A DNA stretch of 63,732 nt, the filler included, from Octopus bimaculoides (Eukaryota): NCBI RefSeq assembly GCF_001194135.2. It is 5 parts of 4 records of this genome, joined end to end, with 100 filler letters (N's around TTAATTAATTAA, not from the genome) between each part and the next. Parts side by side here need not be neighbours in the genome. Positions count along the whole stretch, not along the records: positions 1 to 25,709 come from NC_068984.1; 4 more parts are not named here. One strand, written 5' to 3'. Below the pieces are notes generated by a model, which was given only the letters and a program-made list of their open reading frames with translations, had not been told where the DNA came from and did no database searches. Below are positions 1-12,416 of this stretch, piece after piece. Numbering within the stretch: the stretch's first letter is position 1; each line of letters opens with the position of its first letter. A program made the position numbers and the translations under genes.

Positions 1-18
1 ATTACCAAAAGTATATAT

Positions 19-54
<36 letters not shown>

Positions 55-58
<4 letters not shown>

Positions 59-215
59 CGACGGCTTTCAGTTTCCGTCTACGAAATCCACTCACAAGGC
101 TTTGGTCGGCCCGAGGCTAAAGTAGAAGACACTTGCCCAAGGTGCCACGCAGTGGGACTGAACCCGGAACCAGGTAGTTGGGAAGGAAGCTACTTACCAC
201 ACAGCCACTTTTGCG
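55..215 (-). mobile_element. tRNA-derived SINE (family A here: tRNA-like head plus central microsatellite), 5' half
   Basis: Reverse complement of the head seen at 33602 (TGGCTGTGTGGT box-A-like, GGGTTCAGTCCC box-B-like), ending in (TA)n. Confidence 0.85.
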
Positions 216-231
216 CATATAAATAATTTAT

Positions 232-780
232 TTGTACGATTGTGTGGCCAAGGTATTCCACCGGAACATATTACAGCAAAAGGGATTTGAAGTAGGCAGA
301 AACTGGCACCAACATCAACTAGAAAGTATAGCAGAGAACGACCAGTTTAAGGTCTTTTGGGACTTTACTGTACAGGCTAATCACGAACATCAAGTAAGGC
401 GACCTGATATTATAGTTCTGGAGAAGAGTAGAAAAGAGTGCATCATCATAGTTGTGGCTATATCTACGGACGTGAATGTAGCTGTCAAAGAACAGGACAA
501 AATAGGAAAATGCTTGGATTTGGTTACGGAAAAGCGAAGACTGTGGAGGATTTCTACAAAAGTAATCCCACAAGTAATATGTGTCCTATGTACTGTCACC
601 AACATACCTAATAGTTTCCTTATTGAGATTGGTGTAACTACGCGAGTTACATTAATACAGGAATCTACTCTGTTGGGAACAACAAGGATTGAAAGCAAGG
701 TCCCCGATACCTAAGGAAACTGTTTGTGACTCGGTATCAAGGATATTAGTACTGAATGTAACGTATTCGTGCATACTATG
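232..780 (+). mobile_element. R4/Dong-like non-LTR retrotransposon 3' remnant (restriction-like endonuclease)
   Basis: ORF 232..714 reads FWDFTVQ..RRPDIIVLEK..KE.DKI.K.LDL..RLW, the PD-(D/E)xK RLE C-terminus; (AAT)n follows near 781. Confidence 0.75.
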
Positions 781-883
781 AATAATAATAAGTCTTTCTC
801 TATTGGCCACACACAAAACAAAAGGATGCTACAACACAAAGGACTCATGTAGCATGTGTAAATAGTAAAAAAACACTAACGAT

Positions 884-1310
884 TCAATAAAATATCAAAC
901 AATAAAATTCCTCCAAACGTCTCAAGAAATCCGGTTGTCCCGCTTCAGTCAGGGCGTACACAGTGACTAGTCTAAAAGCACCACCTTCGCTGCTGTTCAC
1001 GTTCAGGACGACCGACTTACCTTCTGAGTCCCGGAAGATCGACCGTACCATGGGGTTTAGGTCTTTTCGGAACAATTCTGGAACGAGTATGAGAGACGCA
1101 AAGATCTCAAATTCGACAAAATAGGTGCCAAGGTGTGTGTGTGTCGGAAATCCTGATCTCGCTGACGGCTATCACATCCGAATCTAGCGACGTGACATCA
1201 TTGCGCTGGCATCCCTGCTTCCAGGGTGATCCCAGGTCACCTGTACTTAAGCTACCCACTCTAAATATTTCTATTTTGATCGGAGAGAAAGGAAGAAGAA
1301 AGGAGATCAC
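884..1310 (-). mobile_element. Degenerate LINE APE-endonuclease fragment (Tx1/L1-like)
   Basis: Frameshifted ORFs: IFRVGSL...DVIAVSEIRI and VVLNV..GGAFRLVTVYA..FLRRLEEF, matching the APE N-terminus. Confidence 0.65.
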
Positions 1311-1984
1311 TTATCTTAAAGGTTTTTCACACTCGGATGTGAGAAAATTCGTTTGCTGTATGGGGTTCCTTTGAGAAACCTTGCAGTAGCCTATTCGATA
1401 ACGTGACGGTTGAGTTTCCAATGTCATGCGGAAACTCTTTCTCATTTCTCTGTAACAATTAATTGGTAGCCCAACCAATTTCGGATTCTCTGGGAGATCG
1501 ACTGTGTTGTTTTTGAACTCTTTCTGTCTCTATGTCTCCTCTTTTTGCTATGTAAAAGAATTGGGGTTTTTTTTCTTTCTTACAAACACAAAGTTGAGTG
1601 TAACTTGTGGATGTGTTTGTCTCGACTTGTGTGTTTATCTTCTGGTTTTCTTCTTGTGTGTTGTTGTTCTGCTTGTGCATCATCTTTTGTTGCTGTTAGT
1701 AGAGCTGGTGGTGGTTGTAATGTATTTATTGTAGTTTTGGTGTTGTTTGGGGATCAGCGTGTTGACTTTCTTTTTACTGTTTTGCCCCTCTTCCTCGTTA
1801 TGTTATGTATGGTCGGAAGATTCCGCCTCGAATGCGGGTAGGGCATGTTTTCTCCTATGATTACATCTGTGATTTTGCACGTTGGCAAGTGGGAGTTAAA
1901 CAGGGGCAGCGGAAGAGAGAGTGGGGTTGGAATGTCCCCTAGATGGTGATTATTCCTTGATTGTCAATATTGTCCTTCACATAA

Positions 1985-2190
1985 AGGCGGCGGGCTGGCA
2001 GAAGCGTTTGCACGCCGGGAAAAAAGCTTAGTGACATTTCGTCCGTCTTTACGTTCTGAGTTCAAAATCCGCCGAGGTCGACCTTGCCATTCATTCTTTC
2101 GGGGTGAATAAAATCAGCACCAGCTGAACACTAGAGTCGATGTAATCAACTCTCCTGAAATTGCTGGCCTTGTGCCAAAATTTGAAACCA
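1985..2190 (+). mobile_element. tRNA-derived SINE (family B here: GGCGGCGAGCTGGCAGAA head, GTCGACTTTGCCTTTCATCCTTTCGGGGTCGAT core)
   Basis: Matches copies at 28335, 36265, 45872, 48480. Confidence 0.8.
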
Positions 2191-2405
2191 ATATTATCCG
2201 CCGCATTCATTGCTATTACGAAAGGAGTTAACGTTGATGTTGGTGCGATTGTGGGTATTGTCAATTTTTCTGTTGTTGTTGATGCTATTGATGATGATGG
2301 TAGAAATTTTATTATATTTCCTTCCTTTTTTTCTTTGCTGCTACAGTTGGTACTGCTTCTGTTGTTGCATAATGTTGTTGTGTTGGTAGTAGTGGGACCT
2401 TCTTT

Positions 2406-2880
2406 TTACCCTGTCTTCTTGTGATTGTGAGGATAGAAAGGCGCAGCTCCCTCCCATTTTTCAGAGAGATCACATCTGGAATCTTTTCTAGATTCTCCGG
2501 TTTTATATGGAGGAGCATCTCCAGATTGCTCCCAGAACCCCCCCCCCCCGCGTCCCTCTAAGGTTACACATGATACCAGCCACCTCCGGTCATACCCTGG
2601 TAGGATATCTTTGGATTTTTCTTCGGGCCGTCCTTCGCCCCAAGTATGTGGGATACAGAATAATGACATCACTCCCTCAGGGGACAACGGAGGGTTGCAG
2701 AGCGAGGGCCTCGGTCTTGAATGATAATTCTATATCTCCGCCCCCTACTGCTTGGTTCTGGATATGTACTGAACGTCCTCCCATTTTTTTCAAGAGCCTT
2801 TTTCACTTGAGCATTAGTTGCATTTTCCAGGTGGCAGCTCCCCAGAGAGATGTACTGGTAACACAATGTTCTTTTAAAAT
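2406..2880 (-). mobile_element. Possible degenerate LINE ORF1 remnant
   Basis: Short coding-like ORFs (RIIIQDRGPRSATLRCP) upstream of, and co-oriented with, the APE fragment at 884-1310. Confidence 0.35.
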
Positions 2881-2999
2881 ATCATTTAAGATAGAGGCTT
2901 GACTCTTGTGGCTCAAGGACAAAGTTTGTGAATTCAATGAAGTACAACACAGCTAAGCCAATAGAATCTTTTCTGAGTAGATTGTATAGAAATTCACCT

Positions 3000-3590
3000 G
3001 AAAAAGTCAGTGGATGTTCAGAACTGGTCCAGAAGGAGTACAAGGGATACAGAAAATACCAAAACGTTGTACAGAGGATAGACTGGGAGATGTGAAGGAG
3101 GTACGGGTAAGAGTGGACCAACAAGTAGTACGAATGCCAGTTGCAGACAATGATCACGTGGGATATGACAATCTACAGATAAGAAACTGTAAAAATCTTC
3201 CACCAGATATCATTCTTCTCCAGAAAGAGACCAAATAACACATCTTTATTGACTGAGAGGTACCAGCAGATCAAAAGATTGTGAAGACAGTGCACGAGAG
3301 AGCTGCAAGGTATTAAGACCTAGCATTTAAAGTGGAGCATATTCATAGAGCCACAAAAAATCGAGATGTTATCCTTCGTGATTGGTACTCTCGGAATCAC
3401 TGTAAAAGAACACAAAAACCAAGTATGAGAAGTTGGAACTATCAAACATCATTGGCAGTACGCAGTAAGCAACTATACTTAGAACAGCGCATGTATTGAG
3501 GAAAGTGTCGCATCTCTATGCCGTGGGAAGGAGCTGAGACACGACCTAGATAGCATAGAACATCAAAACTGGAGAGATTACTCTGCTGAT
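3000..3590 (+). mobile_element. Second R4/Dong-like RLE 3' remnant
   Basis: Across frameshifts: WDMTIY..PDIILLQKETK..VPADQ..YQDLAF..VIGTLG..LRKVSHL. Confidence 0.7.
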
Positions 3591-4009
3591 TCTTAAGCAT
3601 CGGAGGTGCTCCTTCTTTGTTTTTTCCCCTCCTACTTAGGAAAGCATATAATCAGTGAAGAGTTTCAGATTTGAATTTAAGAGAGTTCTTCATACCTGCA
3701 CTGCTTTGTCGTCCGGCATGCTAGAAATAAGAGTCTCATTTCCCACATGACATCCTGCTGTCTTAAAAAAAAATCCAGAAGAAAGAACGCGTCAAATAGT
3801 GTAGTCCAGGGTATAGTGTGACTGAGTAAAAGACGTGATGGTCATGATTGGGTTTGCTTATTCAGGAACTGGGTAAAACTAGTTTAGTGCCTTCACCCCA
3901 CCGTCACTAACTTTTGTTTCTTCATAACTTTCTGAATATTGCATGTTTATTTTTAATTGAAATTTTACAGTGATACATTTTCGCGAGTGCAGACTGTGAT
4001 TATGTTGGG

Positions 4010-4310
4010 GGAAGGGGATTAGTCAATTACATCGACCCCAATGCTCAACTGGTACTCGTTTTATCGACGCCAAAAGGTTGCAAGGCAAAGTTGACCTCGG
4101 CGAAATTTGAACTCAGAACGTAAAGATGGACGAAATGCATTTGGTCTGATGTGATAACAACATCAATGATATTAATAGTCCTTTCTTATTTTGGCACAAG
4201 GCCAGCAATTTCCGGGAACTGGGTAAGTCGATTACAGTGACACCAGTAATCAACTAGTACTTATTTTATCGACCCCGAAAGAATGAAAGGCAAAGTCGAG
4301 CTTGGCAGAA
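4010..4310 (-). mobile_element. Two SINE family B fragments
   Basis: ATCGACCCC..GGCAAAGT(T/C)GAC core twice, in reverse orientation. Confidence 0.75.
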
Positions 4311-4489
4311 TAATAATAATAATAATAATTTATATCTATTTGTTTTTAGTGCTCGTATATTGTTACCGTGTTCAGAAATTATCGCTGTAATTCATAAATA
4401 ATGCATTTTGCATTTCATCACTCAACGGACGACTATCTCAATGCTAGTTGGTTAAATGTGCCTTATCTGTACACAACTAATCAATAGAA

Positions 4490-4627
4490 AAGCGATCGAC
4501 AAAAGAGCTGTGGTCCTGAACTTCCGCTAGTCTACCTTCTAAACTTCAACTTCCCGTGTTACAAAAAAAAAAAAAATTATATTTTGAATATTCGTTTATC
4601 ATTGTCATCGGTCCTTTATAAGTGAGT
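4490..4627 (+). promoter_or_regulatory. Candidate promoter and non-coding first exon (donor GTGAGT at 4622), probably of taxilin
   Basis: ETS-like ACTTCCG near 4520 and a consensus donor AA|GTGAGT; assignment to taxilin is inference. Confidence 0.35.
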
Positions 4628-5639
4628 AGACTTTCTCATTAACTATCTTCATATTTGGTAAATGTTTCTTATACTGAATTCTTAAAATAATATTTATTTT
4701 TATTTGTGCGAGGAAAATCATTAACTTCACTATTTCTCGGGCTGTAAATCTCTTAAGGTCTCCTGTGGTATGTAAGGGAAAGTAATTGGCCAAACCTACG
4801 AAGTGAGCGTGTATGTTAGAAATAGGGTGGTGGTGGGGGCACATTGGTTCAAGGGGCTACTCGAACATGTAGGGCCACATCTGTCCCGAGAAAAATTATG
4901 TATCTTTAATTTTAGAAATTTCTAAGTGTGCTTTATAATGAATTGATGGAGTTTCGAAGACTTCGTCAACGAAGTGTTTCAGCAATTTGAATGCCGGCGA
5001 AATTTCTGTTGCGGTAGGTGTGAGAGGTTTCCCTTCTTTGCTCCTACACGATCGTTCGACTTGTTAGAAATTCCCTTCTCTGCTCCTACGCGATCGTTCG
5101 ACTTGTTAGAAATAGCCCGCTAAATCACATCCTACCATCTAAAGAAAAAAAAAAAAAATGTGAGAATAAGTTGATAATGTTGAAATGCATTTGATCATAG
5201 GTACTGTTCACACAAGTTGGAGCTAAGTAACATTAATTAGCTAAAACGTTAATTTCATCTTGTGTAACTATTACAGACCAATTCTTCATTTTTTCTACTG
5301 CTTCAAAGTTAGTTTTAATCGAAGTTCTGTAATTTCAATAAAGTTTAATAAAATATTAAAACAGTTTCCTTGATTTAACAATAGACTCATTTGTGATGTA
5401 TTAAGAACTTGCACGTGGAAATACCATCAGCAATGTTGCTTGTTATTACCATAATTTAAGGATCTTATGTTGTAATGAGTGAAAAAGTCGTGAAGTTGCG
5501 TATATTTCATATCAGCAACTGATGAATTTTCCCCACCAATACTTGCAATTTAAGTAGTTTTGATTAGCTAATCCACTGCATAGTTATAAATCTACTCAAA
5601 CTTTAGCCGTCACCCCCATTAAGCATTTTTTTTTTTTTT

Positions 5640-5825
5640 ACAACGCACTACTCTACTTATTCCTCCTCCCCCACGGGATGCATACTTCATGCTGTTCGCA
5701 AGTATGTGTTGATAAGTTCACCTACACTTGGCAGTTAGCTGCGAGCTTTGCGAAAGAAAGTTTCTTAGCTGCAACTCATGTTTTTAACCAAACTTCAAGG
5801 CTGTGTTTGCTGTCAATCTGTAAGT
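5640..5825 (+). promoter_or_regulatory. Candidate alternative non-coding first exon (donor GTAAGT at 5820)
   Basis: Locally higher GC/CpG unique sequence ending CT|GTAAGT. Confidence 0.3.
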
Positions 5826-6470
5826 TGCGGATTTACTGGCACCCTACTTTATATCAAGCGTTAAAACATATTCTTTTAAATTCTAATTGGGAAGTTTTTA
5901 TTTCACTTTTATTTTAGATTATGTATTTTCTCTTTACTTACAAATTATATTGTTTTAGCATTAATTAAAACTTCTTTATACCAAAATTATAATATACATA
6001 AAATATTAGACACTTAATTTTTAGTATTGAGTACTTTTTCCCCTGTTAATGTATTCGTTGCTTAAGAGACAAGCTAATTATACACTATTTCAAATGCTCA
6101 AGGTGAAGTTTATTTTTTATGATTTCGATTAGAAACAATTAAATACAAAACTCATTCAGATTTTCGAAAAATCATTTAGAAACTACATTGAAATGTTTGC
6201 TATTAGTTGCTGTTTTAAGATATACATTGATGTTAAACTATTTAGAAGTTGCGTAACTTGTATACATTAGTTGTGTCTGCTTTAGAGGGGACCAAATATT
6301 ACGCTTCTTTGCTTTTCGCCATGTGTTCTTGGTGTATGTTACCGTTGGATTGCCTCCCTTGATCTAGTCTTGCCTAATAGGGAATTCGTCTTTCTGCCGA
6401 CAGCTCTTGCTTTATTTTTAGCACTTCTTTCTACATTACTTACCCTTTCGGGTATGATCAACTGTACGTA

Positions 6471-6501
<31 letters not shown>

Positions 6502-8753
6502 TTTTCATTTTAAGTTTATTTAAAATTAGTTGTGTACGCTATTCTTGTACTTTGCTGTTATTTTGTCAGTATTATATTTTAAAAAAATAATAAGCGCATA
6601 TTTTGATGTTTACATTTTTTCTCGCTTGTTTGAAACTTGATTATATATGACATCCAGACTATCTTTTTTTTTTTTTTACTAAATATATTCGCAATTTGTA
6701 CCTCAGTTTGATTGCACTGTATTCTAAGATCGCTTGTGGCTTGTTTAGAGTAACCGCCTCTTTTAATTCGATTTTTATTCCAATTAATGGTGCAGCCATT
6801 CGACACCTCTGACCTCTGCTTTGGTGCTTAAACTTTGAAAGAAATTCTTAATTTATCTGCTTATTCGGTTTACAACTGTTTTGATAATCTAATTTAGATG
6901 ATATCGTTAAAGCCATTAGATTGTAATGTGCATTCGTTTTTGTTAGCCGAGCAGTGTTGCCACACCTCTCCTGAGGTCCCTTCCTTATTTTTTTGCTCCA
7001 TATTTGAACAAGTTGAAATCCTATTCCCTTACTGCTGTTGACATTTTACACTATCTCACTTTGACACATATCGGGTAAAAGTGGCTATTTTAAATCTTGT
7101 TCCACCTGTTCGAAAGTAAATATCTAACTTGCTTATAGTCTCAAATATTTAACAGTTTAAACAATTAAGTAACTTAAATTATTTTTGTAAAATCCTCAAC
7201 AACTCATAAATTCTGGACTACAAATGATGTAAGTTTATATCTCTTTTGTAAGTCAACACTGACAATGTATACTGAAATGAAATCGTCTTTCAATACAGGG
7301 TATTTTAATCCTGATGCCACCATTGTTTATAATCTCGACCTCTGTTTTCTCTGAAAATTAACACTTCATTTAGTTTCACGTTAGAGTAGGTATTCCGACA
7401 AGTTAATCGTTATTATATTGAACGTGTGTGTTATTTCGTAATTATCGTTTAATTTTGTTCGGTGATTGAACTTTTCGATAGCTTCACTATGGTAACCTAA
7501 GATAACGCTGTTATTCTAAGAAAATATTCAGATAAAGGTGCTTTTTGTTGAATGCTTCCACTAACCAATTCTAATTATTATTCGTGATACCCAGTTACCA
7601 AATATGTTATTTAGCACCATGTTAACCCTGATCCAATGACCATTTGCCTTTTCAATCTATCAAGGATTGCATTGTCCAGTAAGGTGTAATTTAAGAGTTA
7701 TTTTGGCTTTTATTTGTAGCAGGCTGAGCCACTGCAAGTTCCCTCGTTGGCTCACAACTACGAAATATACTTAAAATAGGTAGTCAGCTGTTTGCACTTG
7801 AGACAAGAGAAATTCAAATACTAAAAACAGGTAAACTCGACTTCTTAAACTTTCTATACATTAAATCGAGGGTGTCAAACTGGTTTGGCCTATGTGGGCC
7901 AGACTGAAGCATAAATTAGATCTCACGGGCTGAATAAGGGAATTCTTAAAATCCCTATTCGTAATGTAGGCCAAAGTAAATGGATCAAAGGATAATATTC
8001 AGTATAACAACATTATTAACGATAAGAAAAGGAAAGAATATGATATATTAGCAAACTCTGTATGCAGAGATGTGTGGGAAAATCTCATCCACATGGTGTA
8101 CAAATAAGCGTATTAAGAGTCCTGAGAGTAGAGTGGGAATAGAGATAAAAATTGTCTGATGACTGCATACATTTCTCGAGAAAACAAATACTTAATAAAA
8201 AGCTTGCACTGTTCTGTTGCAATCCTTTCAATATCAACAGAATCCATTCAGAGCAACACGTGTAAATTTTGAAAAAAAAAAAAAAAATTTGGTGTGTGTA
8301 TAGACAAAGTGAAAGGGAAATAGGGTACAGCTTTTATATAAATTCATAAGTTTTTCTCCATTGCTTAAGACAAAGTTTCCCTAAGGTGCACTGATTAGAC
8401 TTATTGGAACCAGTGTTAATCTTAACTCTAGTTGGACTCTGTCTTTGAATGCATGCTAGTGATATATATATGTATATATTTATTTATTTATTTAACAGAC
8501 TGTTTTAAAATTAAAAAATAATTATAACATTTTTTATACCCTTGAACTGGGGGCTACACTAAACATTTTTGCAGGCCTATATTAAATTTTGAAATTCTGG
8601 TTCTATAAAACTAGCTACTGAAACTATTTGGAAATAATTCTTCTAGCTTGCCATTATTATCTCGTGTTACATCACAAATGAAGAATAAGGAACCAATAAC
8701 CATTTCTATGTGGTTGTTCAACCTGCTAGAAAAAACAGCAAAAGCTGCCTTAA

Positions 8754-8962
8754 CCCTCAAGCATTCAGATTTCTTTGTCAAATGTGATGCTTATTTATTC
8801 ACATTGTTTTGAATTAATCACACATTATTTTGAAGCTTCAAAATTTCAGTGGTGTGTTTGTATGTTTTTAGAGTGACATTATAGGGTAGATGTGAGAGGT
8901 TGGATTTAGTCAGTTTTAACATAAAACAGGTATAATATTTGGCTGGATTGAATGCTAAAGGG
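8754..8962. mobile_element. piggyBac-like MITE
   Basis: TTAA flanks (8750-53, 8963-66); TIR CCCTCAAGCATTC / GAATGCTAAAGGG. Confidence 0.75.
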
Positions 8963-10442
8963 TTAAACCACATGCTGATGTTCATCTTGAAGAAAAGAAG
9001 GATACCTTGTATATTTTAGTCTCAGATACATTATATCTGAAAATAGAGACATGTGGTCCCTGTTAGAATATCTTTGACCTTACATTTACTGGATCAGGAC
9101 TAACCTGAGGCTTAATAGAATCATGAATATCTCACCAACCAATAAAAAGGCCCAATAAGTCCAGTTCCATAAAGAAACTGGAACAATATTTATTGATTTT
9201 TAACTTATGCCAAATTACTCTCATATACTATAGTGTATTCTTGCCTTATCTCATTCTACAGAAAATATACTAAATTAATTACCTTTTTTAATGAGCCCCA
9301 GTATGGCAGAAGCCATAATGTCAATGCTCATTTGTTAGTCCACCTCACATAACTGATTCTGAGAGAGAGAGAGAGAGAGGAAATGGTCCTAAGACTTGAC
9401 TGGCATTTCATTTACCAGCCCTGACAAAATGAAAGACAAAGTCAGCTGTGTTGGAATTTGAACTCAGAACATAAGAGTTAAAGAACTGGGACAAGTATTA
9501 CAAAGCCTGCTATCGGACACTGCAATGAGACTGCCAGCTTGCTGTCTTATTAAATTAATGAATTTTTGAGATGCTTAATAAACCTGTATTTCCAATACCA
9601 AAAATTATTGACGTTAAAATTAAAATATGGCAAAAATTAAATATCAGCACCATGGTAATCTTTTAAATACAAGAATCATGACAGCCTCTCAAATGATGTT
9701 GCCTTAAAATGTAACTAACACACTTTAAAAGTGGTTGGTATTAGGAAGGGCATCTAGCTATAGACTCAATGCCAAATGATATGTATATGGCTCTCATGTA
9801 AGATGACAATAACTGCAAACAGGAGCTACTTTGGACTGATGACTGATTCGTGCCAAATTGGAAGCATCTATGTAAAAATTAGCTGCCATAAATCAGATAA
9901 TGAAGATAGAATTATAAAATACTACATACACAATCATGAGCACAATCTTAACAGATTTTATCCTAAGATATATAATGAACCAAGCAACTAAAATTTGTCA
10001 AGAACGGACTGGTTTTTTGTTGTTAGAAAAATATCCAGAGGGTTAGTGGAGTTTATTTCTCGTCTTAATCATCTTAGACAAATGGAATTAAGTACAAGTT
10101 CTAGCAACATGGTTTTTTCTTTAGTATTAAATGGATGAATGAATAAAGCTGAGATTATATTTTTTATTTTGAGGAGTGAAAGCAGCTAATTAGAACAAGG
10201 TATTGTTTCTAATTTTAAAACATTTGTGTGATCTGTGAAATATTTTCATGCGTCTGAAATGAAAATATATTTTAGGTTGAATGACATTGGAAAGCTCAAA
10301 TTTTTTTTTGTATCCAAACCTATTTGTCTTAATGTTTGCTTACATGTTTCTTATGCTAAGAACCAAACATTGTTTACTGTTTTCTCTATGTTTAACTTGA
10401 TTTGTTCTTGTAAAAGCTTAGCCTGTTTTCTCAGTCGAGTAC

Positions 10443-10505
10443 ATGTTTCAGATAGCCACTTCTGCTGTTGTTTGTTGTTGGCCAAGTCAAACAAGATTTA
10501 AGTTG
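10443..10505 (+). CDS. Candidate first coding exon of taxilin (MFQIATSAVVCCWPSQTRFKL)
   Basis: Long pyrimidine tract + CAG acceptor (exon from 10435), ATG at 10443, phase-0 donor GTAATT at 10506 matching the phase-0 acceptor at 12417; no homology support. Confidence 0.4.
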
Positions 10506-10843
10506 GTAATTTTAGGGCCATATTAAATTAATTTGATTTAGATTAATGATTCTCTTTTGGAATAGTTAATGTGGAAGCAGATAAAGAAAGCTATAAATAA
10601 TAGCATGTAAATATTGGGTTAAGGAACACTTTAGATAATGTCAAAGGATGCTTGTGCGATATGAACCTAGATCTCCTGTAAGCATGTCATTCATTAGACC
10701 AAAGCAATTCTTTGAATTTCTTTATTCATTTTAGAAAACTGTATTCTTTCCAGCAAGAATTGTTTGTTGTTGACATATTGAATTAACTCAAGAAGGCCTG
10801 CCCACCACACAGAATTGAGTTCCTAAAACCAAGGTGTCATGTA

Positions 10844-11270
10844 AAAAGCACTGGTATTGGTGCCACATAAAAAGCACTCATATTGGTGCCACATAAAAAG
10901 CACTCATATTGGTGCCACGTAAAAAGCACTCATATTGGTGCCACATAAAAAGCACTCGTATTGATGCCACAAAAAAAGCACTGGTATTGGTGCCACAAAA
11001 AAAAGCACTGGTATTGGTGCCACAAAAAAAAAGCACTGGTATTGGTGCCACAAAAAAAAGCACTGGTATTGGTGCCACAAAAAAAAAGCACTGGTATTGG
11101 TGCCACATAAAAAGCCCTGGTGTTGGTGCCACGTAAAAAGCGCTGGTGATGGTGCCACGTAAAAAGCGCTGGTGATGGTGCCACGTAAAAAGCGCTGGTG
11201 ATGGTGTCACGTAAAAAGCGCTGGTGATGGTGTCACATAAAAAGGACTGGTGCTGGTGCCACATAAAAAG
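10844..11270 (+). repeat. Minisatellite, 16 copies of ~26 bp (AAAAAGCACTGGTATTGGTGCCACA/GT)
   Basis: Counted by eye; continues into the RTE-3'UTR-type repeat (GGTTGGC..AGGAAG) to ~11430. Confidence 0.9.
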
Positions 11271-11929
11271 TACCTTGCACACTCTGTAGAGTGGTTGGCT
11301 TTAGGAAGAGGATTCAATTGTAGAATTCAGACCAAAACAGACTAAAAAACCTGGTGTGGCCCCTGGTCTTGCCAGTTCCTGTCAGGCTGTCCAAACCATG
11401 CTCATATGGAAAACATGTTAAATGTTGTTGATGAGGATGATAATGAAATAGTGGGTTAAAAAATACATTCGGATAGGAAAAGTTGAAGGTTAAGTTGGTG
11501 TGTGTGTGTGTGCACGCATGTGATGGTTGTAAATGAGTGTCATCATCATTCAAGTAGTGTCCTCCTTTGATTCCAGTCTTCCATGAAAACATGTCTGGTC
11601 ATGGGTAATTATAATCTTACTTGAAACAGGTGAAGTTTGGTGACAGGAAGAGTATCTAACCATAGAAAATCCATTTCCATCTGACTCTTATACAAGCATG
11701 GAAAAGGGAACATTGAAACAGCAATGTTTGTTTATTGAAACCAATTGTCTATTAATGTTTTAATTTTAATTTTAAATTACTTTTGAATATATTAACTTGA
11801 TTTTTCTAAGCTCAGATTATGTTAAGAACAGTTTGCTTATTTTGGTGTAGGGAGTACATTTATCTTTTTGTTTTTTGAAGATTACTATCTTTATTTTTTA
11901 ATTGGTTCAGTCATTAGACTGGACTGACC

Positions 11930-12312
11930 ATACTGGAACACTGCATTGAGTTTAAAAAAAATTTTTTTTTAGTTGGCACACAAATGGAGCTTAGCACTTA
12001 TTTCTTTTAAGTCTTGTACTTATTCTATCAATCTCTATTGCTGAGCTGCTAAGTTATGGGGATGTAAACAAATCAACACCAGTTGTTGAGTGGTGATGAA
12101 ACAAACAGAAACAAAGACACACTCATGCACACACATACACACATAGATACAATGAGCTTCCACATGGTTTCTGTCTACCAAATTCACTCACAAGGCATTG
12201 GTTGGCCCATGGCTATAGTAGAAGATACTTATCCAAGGTGTCATGCAGTGGGACTGAACCCAAAACCATGTGGATGCAAAGCAAACTTCTTAATGTCACA
12301 GTCATGCCTGAT
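11930..12312 (-). mobile_element. SINE family A, diverged
   Basis: Both halves present around a (CA)n centre. Confidence 0.8.
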
Positions 12313-12416
12313 GTTAATCCTTAAAAATATCAAAATAACATTTAAAAAAAAAATTCTTTATTTTTTTGTAAACTGTTATATCTCTGAATATTTTCTCTAT
12401 TTTTCTTTTTGATTAG

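Noticed and set aside
4605-4844. Minus-strand 79-aa ORF (..IQYKKHLPNMKIVNEKVYSLIKDR)
   Set aside because: No recognisable homology; it overlaps a better-supported + strand donor.
6300-7700. Possible divergent gene starting MAAPLIGIKIELKE (6799-6702)
   Set aside because: No phase-compatible next exon; the upstream frame is also coding-like with scattered stops, more like an unclassified decayed retroelement.
10844-11270. CRISPR-like look of the 26-bp array and its repetitive ORFs
   Set aside because: No unique spacers; eukaryotic context; the ORFs are by-products of the repeat.
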